Assembly: GCA_965202585.1 (NCBI GenBank)
Contig: OZ241830.1
Coordinates: forward strand, 20,646,001 to 20,710,000
Source: Thalia democratica
Lineage: Eukaryota
Length of the DNA stretch: 64,000 nt
Direction: 5' to 3'
Shown: piece after piece, positions 1 through 12,300 of the stretch
How positions within the stretch are numbered: position 1 is the first letter of the stretch
Layout: each line of letters starts with the position of its first letter
Made by a program: the position numbers and the translations under genes
The notes under the pieces: generated by a model
Told to the model about the DNA's origin: nothing
The model's input: only the letters and a program-made list of their open reading frames with translations
Databases searched by the model: none

Positions 1-298
1 TTTTTTTATAGCGAATCTAAAGCTACATTTGAAAAAATTAAATCTAAATAAACTTTATAAGAAAGAAAATTTAGAACAAAAATAAAAATAATCATAAATG
101 TCTTTTTTTTAGAGTTGGGTCGAAAAATTTTCTTTTTTAAGCTTAGAAAAACATATAGTTCAACTTGTATTTTGATTTATTTAACTGTTAAAATTAAATG
201 AAATTAGTCGATTGTTTAATTTTTAATTATAGACTATTTTCTCCAAAAACCTAAAATCTATAATAAACATTAAACCAACATTAAATGTTGTGTTTCAG

Positions 299-2465
299 AA
301 TTGGGTTACAACATACATTTAGAACATGTGGATTACCGACACGTAGTGACAACACAACCATGTTTATAATGGACTATACAACTAAATACGGAGTTTTCAA
401 GCAAACGGGTTGGAGTAGATGTAACAAACTGATGCTAAATTATTATATCAAGTTAGACTAATGCTTATGCAATTATAAGTACTTTTCATAAGTTGATTAG
501 TTATATTAATAATAGTAATTGGTAAACGAAAAATATACGCACCTACAAAACTATGTATTAACAAACGAGTTTAACTTGTAACTTGCAGAATAAAAATTAG
601 TTAAAAATTTGATTTTTAATAATCACAATTTTTCTAATAACTAAACAAGCATAGTATGAAATAGTTGGCTTATTCTAAAACTCACAGATATATTATTACT
701 AATTCATTTATGTTGGTAACTAGAAAAATCTGTATTTTCACTAAAAATAACTATTTCATGTATATCAAAAAACAGGAAGTATTTTGAATCAAAAATACTG
801 TTGAGTAGCAAAAACATGACAAAAACATTTCCACTATCAAGTATCCAGTATCCCGGCACAGATATAAGTTTTGACGATCAATGTAAAGAAATTTCTCCCG
901 ATTATGTATACTATCCAAGGGTTAATTGCTTTGTTTATAATAGTTTTAAACGTTGTGTTTAAATATAACAGTTGTTAAAAATTTTTTATACCAGGCTATA
1001 TAGGGTTTATTCCTGTTTAAATTTTATAGAACTTTTTTTTAAATCAGTAAGGAAATAGTAAAAAACCTTACAACTGATTTTTTTTTATATCACTGGCCAG
1101 TGTTTAAAACTTGTGTTAATATCTTTTTTAAACTAGTGTTTCAAAATTTAACAAAATTATTAAAAACGCTTACAATAAAAAAAAGTTCTTGAGACTTTAT
1201 TCGAAAAGTAATTATAATTTTTTTAGTCGATTATCTGTGAAAATATTAAGTAAATAAGATTATAAGTTTGTCTATTTTAATAATTAATACTTATGAACGG
1301 CTTAAATCTAACTATTGATAAATATAATATAGAAGAAATTTAAAGCTAACTAATCTGTACAAATATAGCTAGTGTTTTATTGTAATATGTATAAATATTC
1401 ATTATTTAGTTTACCTTTACCTAAAATATTTACAACCAGGATTTAGTATTCTATTTAAACTAATTTATTTGATAATTTTATAGTTAGTTCAACACATTTA
1501 CAGCTTTTTTTTTCATTCTATATTGACCAAGATTTCCAAGTATAGACTTATAAGTATACTTACTTATTATTGTTACAGTATTAGCTAAGAGCAAATTGTT
1601 ATTCATAAGCCGCTTACAGTTTAAAACCAGTTTAAAACTATTGAATAGTTTTAAAAGTAGTAAAAATTTAAGTTAACTAACTTTATGATTTTAAATAATC
1701 ACAGCTAGATCAATGTTCGCGGTTAATATGTGTAAAATCATCAGTGTTGTTCGAATACTACAAGAAAGGTTATGAAGTTTATTCCAATATATCCGATATA
1801 AATTACGCAGCAGATAAAACTTATGTGTTTGATGTTTTACAGGGAACCAGATGTGGAAAAAACGCGGTTAGTTTAATTTATTTTCTCGGCTATACTCAAC
1901 AGTATTTTCAATGAAATATCGTTTCAGATCTGCCTTGACAACCAGTGTACGGATTTTTCAACAAACGAAATAATTACAAGATCTTACGTTCCAACTAAAA
2001 ACAGCTCTACTTTAGGTTGTCGCTTGAGATGTTTTCGCACTTGGCAGAATTTGTTCAACAAAGAGTTGTGTTCAAGCAGGTCGGTTTGTTCACTTACTTG
2101 TATGATAGAAAACCTATGAAGAAAGATCAACTGCTTGTTCAGTTTAATTTATTATAATTGCAAACATGTAACTAAGCTAATAATAGGTTTGATGAGTATT
2201 GTTTACATTCAAAACTTCTTATCATTCAACAATTTGATTAATATTTTAACTAAAATGTGACATACAAATAAAACAAATAAAAAAGTACTAAATTATGCTT
2301 TTTTAATTACCTGCTTAGGTCTCTTATACATAGTTTTTAGTATTATAAAAATAAAAGAAATATATTTTTATTTTTAGAAAAAATGGAACGACGAAGAAAT
2401 GTAAAAATGTATGGAGGGTTGTGAAGGATGTATTAAACAAATGTAGGGCGATTTGTAAAAAGTAG
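299..2465 (+). CDS. ADAM/ADAMTS-like (M12B) metalloprotease paralog 1, 3' five exons (5' part lies upstream of the window)
   Basis: Exons 299-451, 776-920, 1705-1866, 1928-2079, 2378-2465 join in frame with GT-AG sites. Translation: IGLQHTFRTCG...FIMDY...GWSRCN (end of zinc motif, Met-turn), YPGTDISFDDQCK...QCSRLIC...LQGTRCGKNAICLDNQC (ADAMTS-type disintegrin-like/Cys-rich domain), then a 6-Cys tail and TAG at 2463-2465. Exon phases match paralog 2; two exons have identical lengths (153 and 162 nt). Confidence 0.88.
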
Positions 2466-4406
2466 TTTAAATAAAAAAAATTCTATAGTTTCATCAATGA
2501 TCTGAAAACGATAAGCTTTTTTAGTAAACAAGTTTATGTAAATTTACGTGTTTGTTAACATAGAATAAAACAAAGTTGTGTCGTGATATTTTAAAACTGT
2601 ATGATGTAAGAGTATAACTTTTACTTAAAACACTTTATACACGTTAAAAATTTTAATTTTAACATAATTTTGACAATTTTAACAATTACGGTTTTAAAAG
2701 AAAACCACAATGGTTGAAGTATTTCTACTTATAAAAATGTTAGCAAGTCGTTCTTAATAAAGTTCTTAATAAAGTTCTTAGAAAAGCGAGCTTGCTAGAA
2801 CATACAATTAAAAAAACTTTTAACAGTGCTTCCAAATAAATTTCAAAAAAATTTATTTTTGCATATTTCTTTCATTTATAGAATTAGTTTATATTAGTCT
2901 ATCTGAATGAAATAATTTAATAAACACTTATTAAAATTTGCAACTTATTTTTCTGTAAATAATATCTATTAAATCAAAAACTTACTACAGTTTTCGCTAA
3001 ACCTTTTGTCTGAAGCTAGTATGCTAAGCTTTACATAATAAATTTTAACACATATTTTGTTTTGCAAGGTTTGAAGTATTCGAAAAGTATTTAACCTGTC
3101 TAGCATTATTTCCAAAGCAAAAAAAAAAAACCTACATTAGGTAATTTAAAGTTAAGACATCCTTATAATGTTAGAAAATCAATATGTAACTTTTTGTGAC
3201 TATTTGCATTAAGAAATTTATAAGTTTTTTTTTTTTGTTATATCTGGACCATTTTTTAAAACGATTTATATCTAAACTTCAATAGATTTAAGTATTAAGA
3301 TTAGAAAATATTAAATAAATTATTTTACATAAAGCTTTAGTATGCTAATTTATGTTTTTTGAACCTTATTTCCCTTTTGGAAAAGTTTTAGAATTAGCTG
3401 GTTTATTAGTACTTAATAATACTAAGTTAGAAAATTTTTATTATAAAACATGACAGTAATAAAGTTTTACCGCTCGACAGATTATCAAAATGCGATTCTG
3501 TAATAAAACGAATTATTAGAATGACAAACCATCCAAAAAATGTAATTAAGTTCATGAACATTTTTTTGTTTAATGTTCTAAATGAATATGTTATGGTAAA
3601 TTAAAATAGAGCTAAACTCAAATAAGTATTTGCATTAAAGTTAAGTTTAAACGAATAAAATACAAGAAATATTTATTACTTCTTTTTGACCACTAGTTTT
3701 AACTTAGATAAAGTATTTACGTTATAGTTAAGTTTAAACGAGTAAAACACACCATAAAAATGTATCACTACTTTTTAACTACAAACGAAAAAATACAAAA
3801 AACTACACTAATACTTCAAAAACAATCTGTAATTTTGGGGAAGAGTCCGATAACTTAAACACTAAGGAGTTTGAGCTGGAAGTTTAAATGGTGCAACCTT
3901 TTCCAAATTTATAATGGTAAGTGCTAAAGTCTGGCAAAGGTTCGCTGTCCAACGTTTGGAGCTTCTTGACCGCTCTCAACTTAAATGATAAGTAGAAAAA
4001 ATAGCAAAATTCTGCTGAAACGATGCAACAGATGACGTAAATTTTTTTAATTGAAGGAAAAACACACACCTGAGTCACCATAAAGTAACTCTTTTTATTG
4101 TAAAATAGACTTTTACAAAACCTGAAAAGAAGCTTTTGTGGCGAAACTTTACAACTTTAAAAAGACGCAATAAAAAACACTGTTTCGAAGTAGCTTATAG
4201 TTTTGACTTTAAATCGATATCAAAAAGCCCTCATTAATAAAAACTAGTGCTTATATGCAGAAATGATTCAAAATAACTGACATTTCTCTCGAGAAAAAAT
4301 TCCATTAGCGCGGAAACTTTCATACTTTTATCAAATACTTGTATAAAAAAGTTTTCAAGGCTGGAGAATGTTTTTTTTTTAACGTTAAACGTGATATACT
4401 TGAAAT

Positions 4407-5087
4407 GGGTTGCTGTCAAATTTGCACGAGCGTACAAAATTGCACGAAGATACTTTTACACAAAGACACGTCTGCATGAGGGATTAAATTGCACAAAGGC
4501 ATTTTTGCTCGAAGGGTCACTTTTGCACAAGGACACTTTTGTACGAGCATACCATTTTTTAAGGAGACATTTTTGCACAGATTACGTTTTTTTTTTTTTT
4601 TTATCATTTTTTTATACTTTTACTGTTAACCCAAACCCTTACCCTCGGTGAGTAACTTGTATTTTTTTCTAATATTTTTTGTTTTTTATAGTTATTTTTG
4701 TTTGAATATTTTTTTTTGCTATCACTGTTACTCCTAACCCTTACCCTCGATCAGTAACTTTATTTACTTAGTTTTTTATTAATTTATCTTTAATTTATTT
4801 GTTTTGATGTTTTTTTTTATAATTTTTTTTTAGTTTTTTTACTGTTGTGCGAAATTTTAACTCGTGCAAAATTGACCCTTGGTGAAAATTTGTCTTCGTA
4901 CAATTTTATCCCTTCGAACAATTTTGTCCCCTCGTGCAAATTTTTATTCGTACAATTTTATCCCCTCTTGCAATTTGTCCCTTTGTGCAAATTTTTCTTT
5001 GTGCAGTTTTGTATTCGTGCAATTTAGTCCCCTCCTGCAAATTTGTCTTCGTGCATTTTTGTTTACGTGCAATTTAGACCCGTTCCC
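4407..5087 (+). mobile_element. Foldback-like MITE with TTGCACG sub-repeat arms (family F1), complete copy
   Basis: Starts GGGTTGCTGTCAAATTTGCACGAG and ends GCAATTTAGACCCGTTCCC. Left arm is an array of 17-19 bp TTGCACG units, right arm the reverse-complement array, and the T-rich core has two AACCCTTACCCTCG motifs. No clear TSD. Confidence 0.8.
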
Positions 5088-6369
5088 ATTTCAAATAGTG
5101 TTATATACTTTATGAAAAGGACAGGTGAACGACACAGTTCTTACAGTTTTCTATTTCAGGTAGTAGGTTATACATTTTATGGGCCTTATTATACTCGTAG
5201 GCTGCACTTATTTATAGCCCTTAGAAAGCTTCAAAGTTTGATTTAGCGGACCGCAGCTTTACCTTTCGCGCATCGTGCTCCATTTACTTTTAAGAATATT
5301 GGGAAGCTGGTCATTACAATCTGCAGGCCGTAAGTCGCTCACTCTGATCTGTTTTTTATGTATCTATTTTGAAAACAATCAAGAAAATGTTTTTAGATAC
5401 ATAGGTTTTTCAATATAAATTTATTGAAAAAAGAGGTAGTTAACTTGTAAATACAGGAGGTAGTTTTATTTTGGTTTTTTGAAGATATCGATTTAGAAAG
5501 TTTATTTCTAAACTGTGGTTTAATGATTTGTTTGTAGATTTAACAAATGATTGATTCTATTACAGTCTAATACATAAAGTAAAAGTAATTAGTTAAATTT
5601 AGTTTGATAAAACTGTCAATTTTGCTTAGTTTTTAACTAATCCAATGATAATGCAATTAGATTATTATAATAATCTACTTTAATATATTTCGTGCTGTAT
5701 AAAACTAAACTAATCTCCGACATATTAAAAGGAATAAAAAACGTTAAACAACAACGAGCAAAATTTCTAAAAATTTTATCTTAGATTACAAGTAAAAGTG
5801 ATTTAACTTATATATTAAGCCTGTACCATAATAAAATGAAATAAAATAATTACTATGAATTAACTTAGGTAACAGTGAACATTTTGACTATATAAATTGA
5901 TTACTTTAAGATTTTATTCAAAAGACAAGCTGAGAGTCAGTTGTAAAAAGTATATAAATAGAGTTTTGATTTTATTTTTGTTTGTTAAATAAGTTTATAA
6001 CTTATTTAAGTGTTGAAAAAAGTTAAATTGAAATTATAGCTTAAAATCAGAAATAAAATAACTAAGTTATGTTCGATTATACTCAACTGGTATTTAAAGT
6101 ATTTAAAAGTGTCAAAAACTGACTAATTCAGTTAAAGTAAAACTTAAAGAAGCATTATAATTTAAAAATAATAATTTTACTGATATGCTTAAAAACACAT
6201 TCCACAAACTTTAATTAATTTTTTAAACCAAAAACAATTTGTTTTAAAGTACTATATAAAGCAAACTATATCTAAATTTATAATGTATGTTTTAGGGTAC
6301 TAAAAAGTGTATTTAGATAAGAAAGTTTTTGGTAAAATTTGCTATGTTTTATAGATCAATAAAATCATA

Positions 6370-9300
6370 ATGGAGAGAGTATTAATTATTTTTGCTGCTA
6401 TACTTTTGTCTGTTAGTTTTGTTTTTTTTTTTACTTTTAAGCATTTGGAAATTAAGTATTTAGAATTCGGATTTATTTGTATATACTCGATTTTTTAAGT
6501 TTATTTTATATTATTTAATATATATTTTTTTTAACAATAGGGAAATTTAAAGTTAGTAAACAACTGTTCAAAAATATGCATATGTTGGAAACTAAATATA
6601 AATTTAGTTTCTTTTAAGTAACGTGCAACTATTTAACAACATATTAAACAACTTTTAAATTTTAGCTTCTTACATTTGGTGTTTCAGAAAGTGTTGAAGA
6701 AATTTCACAAATTTACGTATCACAGTTTAATGGTTATTTTATTGGGGATGATGTAAAAAATGCATTAGAAGTAACAAACAACTTTGTTGCTGAAAAATTT
6801 AATACGACACAAATAGTTAGTTTCTACTTATTTGTTATAGTATTTTGTAGCCGACAATAAACTTTAATTTTTTTAAGCACAAAGTATACCTTTTATAATT
6901 TATTTTTTAAAGAATGGATTCGTGTATTTATATATTTCTTTATAATATTTGATACTCAATTACCTTCTTTATAAACAGGAAAACCAGTTTTATCTGTTTG
7001 TAAGACCTGGTGACTCACAACCTTTTATATTAAAAGTAAAAGTTCCTGATAACAGAAACGACACTTGCTTATACAAAGGAGTTGATACATACGACTCTTC
7101 AATAACTGCTGATATACAACTTTGTCCTAATGTGGTAAGAATTTTATTTTTGTAATTTACACCTTAATCTTTTATTTCTATTTTTTGTTTGAAGTTAAGA
7201 TATAATATAATTAAAACATTAAATTGATTAAAAAGGATTAGAATAATTTTTAAAAATCAGTCACTCTTATATAATTTCCGAGCAGAAAAGAAAAGTTTAA
7301 TTGTAAAGAAATTCTTAAAATATTAAAAAGGGGTAGCTTAGAGTATAATTTTTTATTGAAGTTTAATAATTATTTGTAACAATATGTTTTAATGTACAAT
7401 TAGAATCATCTTTCCTTAAAATCATTATTTTAAATAAAATAATTTATTTTAGTAATAAAAATAGTGACCGTTTTTTAAACAACTTTAATTTATTTAAGAA
7501 AATAGAACTAAATAGTGGAAAAGTTTACAAAAAGTCAACAACAAATCTTAGACGGACCAAAAGATTCACTGATTTCTTTGCAAGAACAGGTTTGTTTTAG
7601 AATTTTGTATGTATTTTAATAAATAGTGTATTTATAAGTGAATTAAAGTGCTATATTTTTGGTAACTACAGTTTTATTTCTGTCAAAAAACGACTATACT
7701 AATTCAAAACAAATAAATCGTAAGTTTTTTTTTAGTTTAAATTAAATGTACTACTTTTTAGAACTTTATTATAAAGCCTTAAAAAAAATTAAAAACAAAA
7801 TGTACTACTAATGAGGTAATGATTAATTTATTTTAATTAAATTAGAATCATTTCAATTTTACCACTTGTTTAGCTGATGTTGTTATTTGAAATATTTTTA
7901 TTTGTCTAAGGTGTTAGTAAACTTGTTGTTTCAGTAATTAGAAATTATATTGTTAATTCGTTGCTACAATGGACAAATAATTCATAAGTAAACATACTTA
8001 TAATGAATTTTATAGCTTAATTTAAAAAAAACTCATTTAACGTCAATTTTTTTATAGTTTACTTACTAGAATAAAACAAACAAAGAACAAAAAATATACA
8101 TCTAGAAGCTAACTATAAAAGTTTAGTAAAAACAACAAAGCAAATAAACACTTAATTTAAAGTTAACTGCTATATAGTTTTTTATTATCAATAGTTTTTA
8201 TTGAATGATATCTAGCAAAGTTTTTACTTTTAAATAAAAACTAACAGCTGAAAAGTTTGGCTTGCCTCGTGAAGCTCTCAGGGAAGCTAAAGAATTTTTC
8301 ACTTCACAAGTTAGGGCACCAGTCACTTTAAGCATAAAGTATTTCGTAGATTACAAAATTTGTAGTCATTTTAAAAACGATGAAACAGCAATTAATCATA
8401 TACACGTTATACACGGACAGGTAACTTAAATTTGAATCATTTTTGTGAGATTCCAGTAGAATGTTTTTTTATATTCTTAGTTTACTTGAATTTCTATTCT
8501 TTAAAGTTTAGAGCATTATTAAAATTTTAAATAGATATACTTTAAGTTTTCTTGTACGACAGCCTATAAAAAATTAAAGTTTTAATTATAAGTATAAGCC
8601 TAAATTTATATGCATAAATATATATTTCATTGTATAATAATTTACAGTTTTTTATTGTTTTTTTATATGTTGGGTATTAATTTCTAACATAATCCTCAGA
8701 AAAGCTTTAGTTACATACATATATATATATATTTGTTTAAAGACATTAATACTATTTAAATTGTTTCTATTTTGAAAATAAGAAGAACTTAAGTTTTTAG
8801 ATTAATTCATATATATAGTATCTGTTCAAAAATAAAACATTATTGTATTAAAGAAAAATAATTAAAATGTTATTTCCTATTAGTTTTTTGTTTTAGAGAA
8901 CATATTAAATACTTTTTTTTTTATTAGTTTTAAGAAATTATAGAAAAATATTTAGTGTATTGTTTAATTTTTTTCTTCAACGTATAAAACATCTTATTAC
9001 AAAAAGTATACTAAAAAACAATTGTCGCAAATATTACTTGAAATTTAACTGGTTTTCAAATGGTATGTTAATTTTAATTTATTCATTATACGACATTTTA
9101 AGCTTGAATATTTATATGATTTTGAACAAAATTAGTTGCACAAATTTTACAAAATTAATTTAGACTTTAAATAAACCCCTTGTATGTATTTTAATATAAA
9201 TTTGTTTCTTTTTCTTTTAAAACAATGTGACAACCATGTGACAATAAAAGCTACTTTCATTCGATTATATTTATATTAATAATACAAGATTTTTTATAAA

Positions 9301-12300
9301 ACATAATAAACAAAATTCGAAAAAAAAACAAGATATAATTTTTTCATTGTTGCATCATACTTTATAAACACCTTTTAAATTAAAGCTTATTTAGGTACGT
9401 CAGTATTACAACTTGTTCAAACGACCAATCAACATAGAAATTGAAAGTATTCAATGTCTGTTAGAAAGAGAGGTAAACAATAAGCAAAATCGTGATTACC
9501 TTTTAAAAATATACAAATTTTAGTTATAAATCTATAGTCTTTTTTTTCATGTCTTAAAAAGATACAATTTATGTGTAAAAGAAACTTTAAGCACTATTTG
9601 AATTAATTTATGAACTCTAATTTAATCAAATAAAAAACAGTAAAACAAAAATAAAACTTGTTTAAGTTTTAAATTGTGCTTAAATTATTTTCAGTCATTT
9701 GTTTTATAACTTAATGATTGCTTTAGAAAAGACGATATTTAATAAAAACCAACAAAAATTTTCCACAGTCTGATGTATTTAAAGCGTCTTATGAAGAAAT
9801 GTTAGCTGCTTTAAACTTAGACAACTCTACAAGTTTATCAAGAGAAGATGTCACTATATACTACAAACTAAAGTACGGCTTTAAAAATCTTCTTAAAGAA
9901 AATCCCGACCGCTTTTCCAAAGACAAAAATGCAGATGCAAAAGTTTTGATTGCGCACACAGATGGAAACGATAATATAAGAGGTATTTTTTGAATATCAA
10001 AAAAATGTATTTGTTAAGTTTTGTTGTAGACAGTAGTTTTTATCAATGTTGTACCACTAGATAAAATAGGCAAGGTAGCTTAAGTATCATTAATCAAATA
10101 TATGATAATAAGAAATTATTAACTTTGAAAATAGTGTATTAGATTAATAAAGTATACTTCTTAGTACAGTATTTTGTCTAAGACTAACACTGGTGACAAA
10201 AAATACTAAAATCAGGCATTTTCAGAGAACAATAAGGGAAAGTAATTTTTTGAAAATATTATTTTATGTAGTTTACAATCTTTTATGTTATAAAATTTTC
10301 ATTGTTTTTGATGTTTTTTTATTACAATAAGTTTCAAAAGTTGCTTGAATTATCTTCACTTTTTGCAGAAATTAAAAAACCTTGTAAAAAAAATTTTTTT
10401 AACTTTCTTTGTATGAGCTCTAAAAAAAGTAAAACTCTTGAATCTTCAAATCATTTGTAGTTTTGATTAAACAATATCACATCTATTCAACTTTTGCAAA
10501 TAATCTAATACTCAGTAAAGTAGTGTTTTTTTTTAATTTATAATTACTTAAATAAGAAAATTACAACAGGTTTAGGTAATCTAGAAAGTATTGGTAAACC
10601 TTGGAGTTCAGCAGTCGTAAGAGTTAACGAAAAGTCTTTTTCCTATGCTGAAGTTGCACGTATTCTAGCGCATGAGCTTGGACATATGTTAGTTTGAAAC
10701 CGTTTCAAAAGTTGTAAATAGTATACATAAAACTAACCATTAGGCTTAAACTTTTCAACTAATATAACAAATTTAAACGAAACTAGTAAATGACATGTTT
10801 GTTATAACTGTTAAAGAATGACTCAATTAGAAAATAACTGAAGGTAGTTAGTTTTTAAATGAAAAAACTGAAATTATTTGAATAAAATACATTTGTAAGA
10901 TTAATTGAGTTATAAAAAAAATATTTCAATTACTTTCTTACTTTTAAGTTATTTTATTTAAAGTCATAATAAGGCACGTTTTTTTTTCATTATCAAATGA
11001 TTCTGTTTTTTATAAATTGTTTTAGATCAGCGATTCTTAACCTGGGATACATTTACTCCTGGGGGTAATTTTTCTTGATTACAAGTTATGTAAATTAGTG
11101 TTAATCAATTGCGTTTTTGTTTATAAGTAGTTAATTAATTGTAGTTATTTTTTATTGAATAAGATTTTAATCTTTTTACATTTTTTTATACTTAATAAGC
11201 TAAATGTTCAAAAAAACTAGTTTTTTTCCTACACCCTAATCATTTTTTTTATTTTGGGTAAATTTGGTAATAAATTTCAATAAAAGGGTAACTAATGAAA
11301 ATAAGGTTAAGAACCACTGTTACTACTAATCCTATAAACCTTTTTTTTATCAAGAACTTCTTTGGTTTAGGCCAGATTAACAAGATAGTCGATAAGCTAT
11401 CATTAAAAGAATTAATATCTATTAGCACTTTTATGAGGTTTAAGTTTTCGTTTAATACAAAAGAACGAAACAGCATCAGTCTACAATTTTATTAAATTCA
11501 GAATCAAAACATACATGATTAAGTGAATTACTTAATTATTTTCTAACCAATCGTATTTTGAAATAAATAAACCTAAACTAAATAACTTTTCAACCTAATT
11601 TTTTTTTGTATTTAAAAAATTTTAGCTTTGAAATGATAATTTTTTTTTTTCGTCAGAATTGGACTACATCATAGTTACGAGCGGAAGTTGTGTGGAGTTC
11701 CCGGAAGCTTAACAACAATTTACGTGATGGACAAATGGAGTGACCATGGAGGGTTCAGAAAAGTTGGTTGGTGCAGGTGTAACAGACTGATGTTCAGTTA
11801 CTTTATCAGGTTGAAATAAAACTGTTTGTGTAACCAGTGGTTACTAATCAAAGCATTTTCTATATTGTTTCATGTGTTTTAACTTTGTAATTAAAAAGCT
11901 TTTTTGTAAGCTATGATAAAATAATTTCTTTTAAATCATATCTACTATTAGTCTTCTTAAACTAAGACTTATGGTGTAAAGTATAATACTTTAATTTTGA
12001 AGAACTAATATTTTTTTAATTTTAGTTCTTAAAATTAGTTAGTTATTAAGTGTTTTTAATTCTATGTGGTTTTAGTTTTAGTTTATTTTAGTGTCTTTAT
12101 TTGTTATAGGGAATATAAAAAAACCTTCATTTTAGCTTATACCTCACTTTTTTTATCGACTAAGTTTTAAACATCTAAAACTAAAAAAAATACGAATTAC
12201 AGTTAATTAATCAGATATTAGTCTAAGTATACTACATAATTTTTTTAAATAGGTAGAAGAAATTTACTTTTATCATAAATGATATATTTTGTGACTAAAG

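Noticed and set aside
2080-2118. Read-through ending of paralog 1 (SVCSLTCMIENL*), and the immediate TAA at 13545 in paralog 2
   Set aside because: Both genes have a phase-2 donor at the equivalent position and a downstream exon with conserved KKC...CxxxC, which explains the data better. Retained-intron isoforms cannot be excluded.
3620-3752. Small ~45-bp direct duplication, and a 12-bp triple repeat near 2750
   Set aside because: Ordinary slippage-type repeats in AT-rich intergenic DNA.
3884-4081. 65-aa minus-strand ORF
   Set aside because: No recognisable motif and no partner exons.
4600-4760. CCTAACCCTTACCC as interstitial telomere
   Set aside because: Only one or two imperfect units, always embedded in F1 cores; not a telomeric tract.
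4234-5246. Cluster of short ORFs
   Set aside because: They overlap the F1 MITE and its flanks; no recognisable protein motif or splice pattern.
7135-7498. Possible extra prodomain exon (KNQSLLYNFRAEKK...)
   Set aside because: I could not find an acceptor/donor pair that keeps the frame, so it is left out of the model.
11249-11495. ORFs on both strands
   Set aside because: AT-rich intronic sequence overlapping the H2 MITE end; no homology to the paralog.
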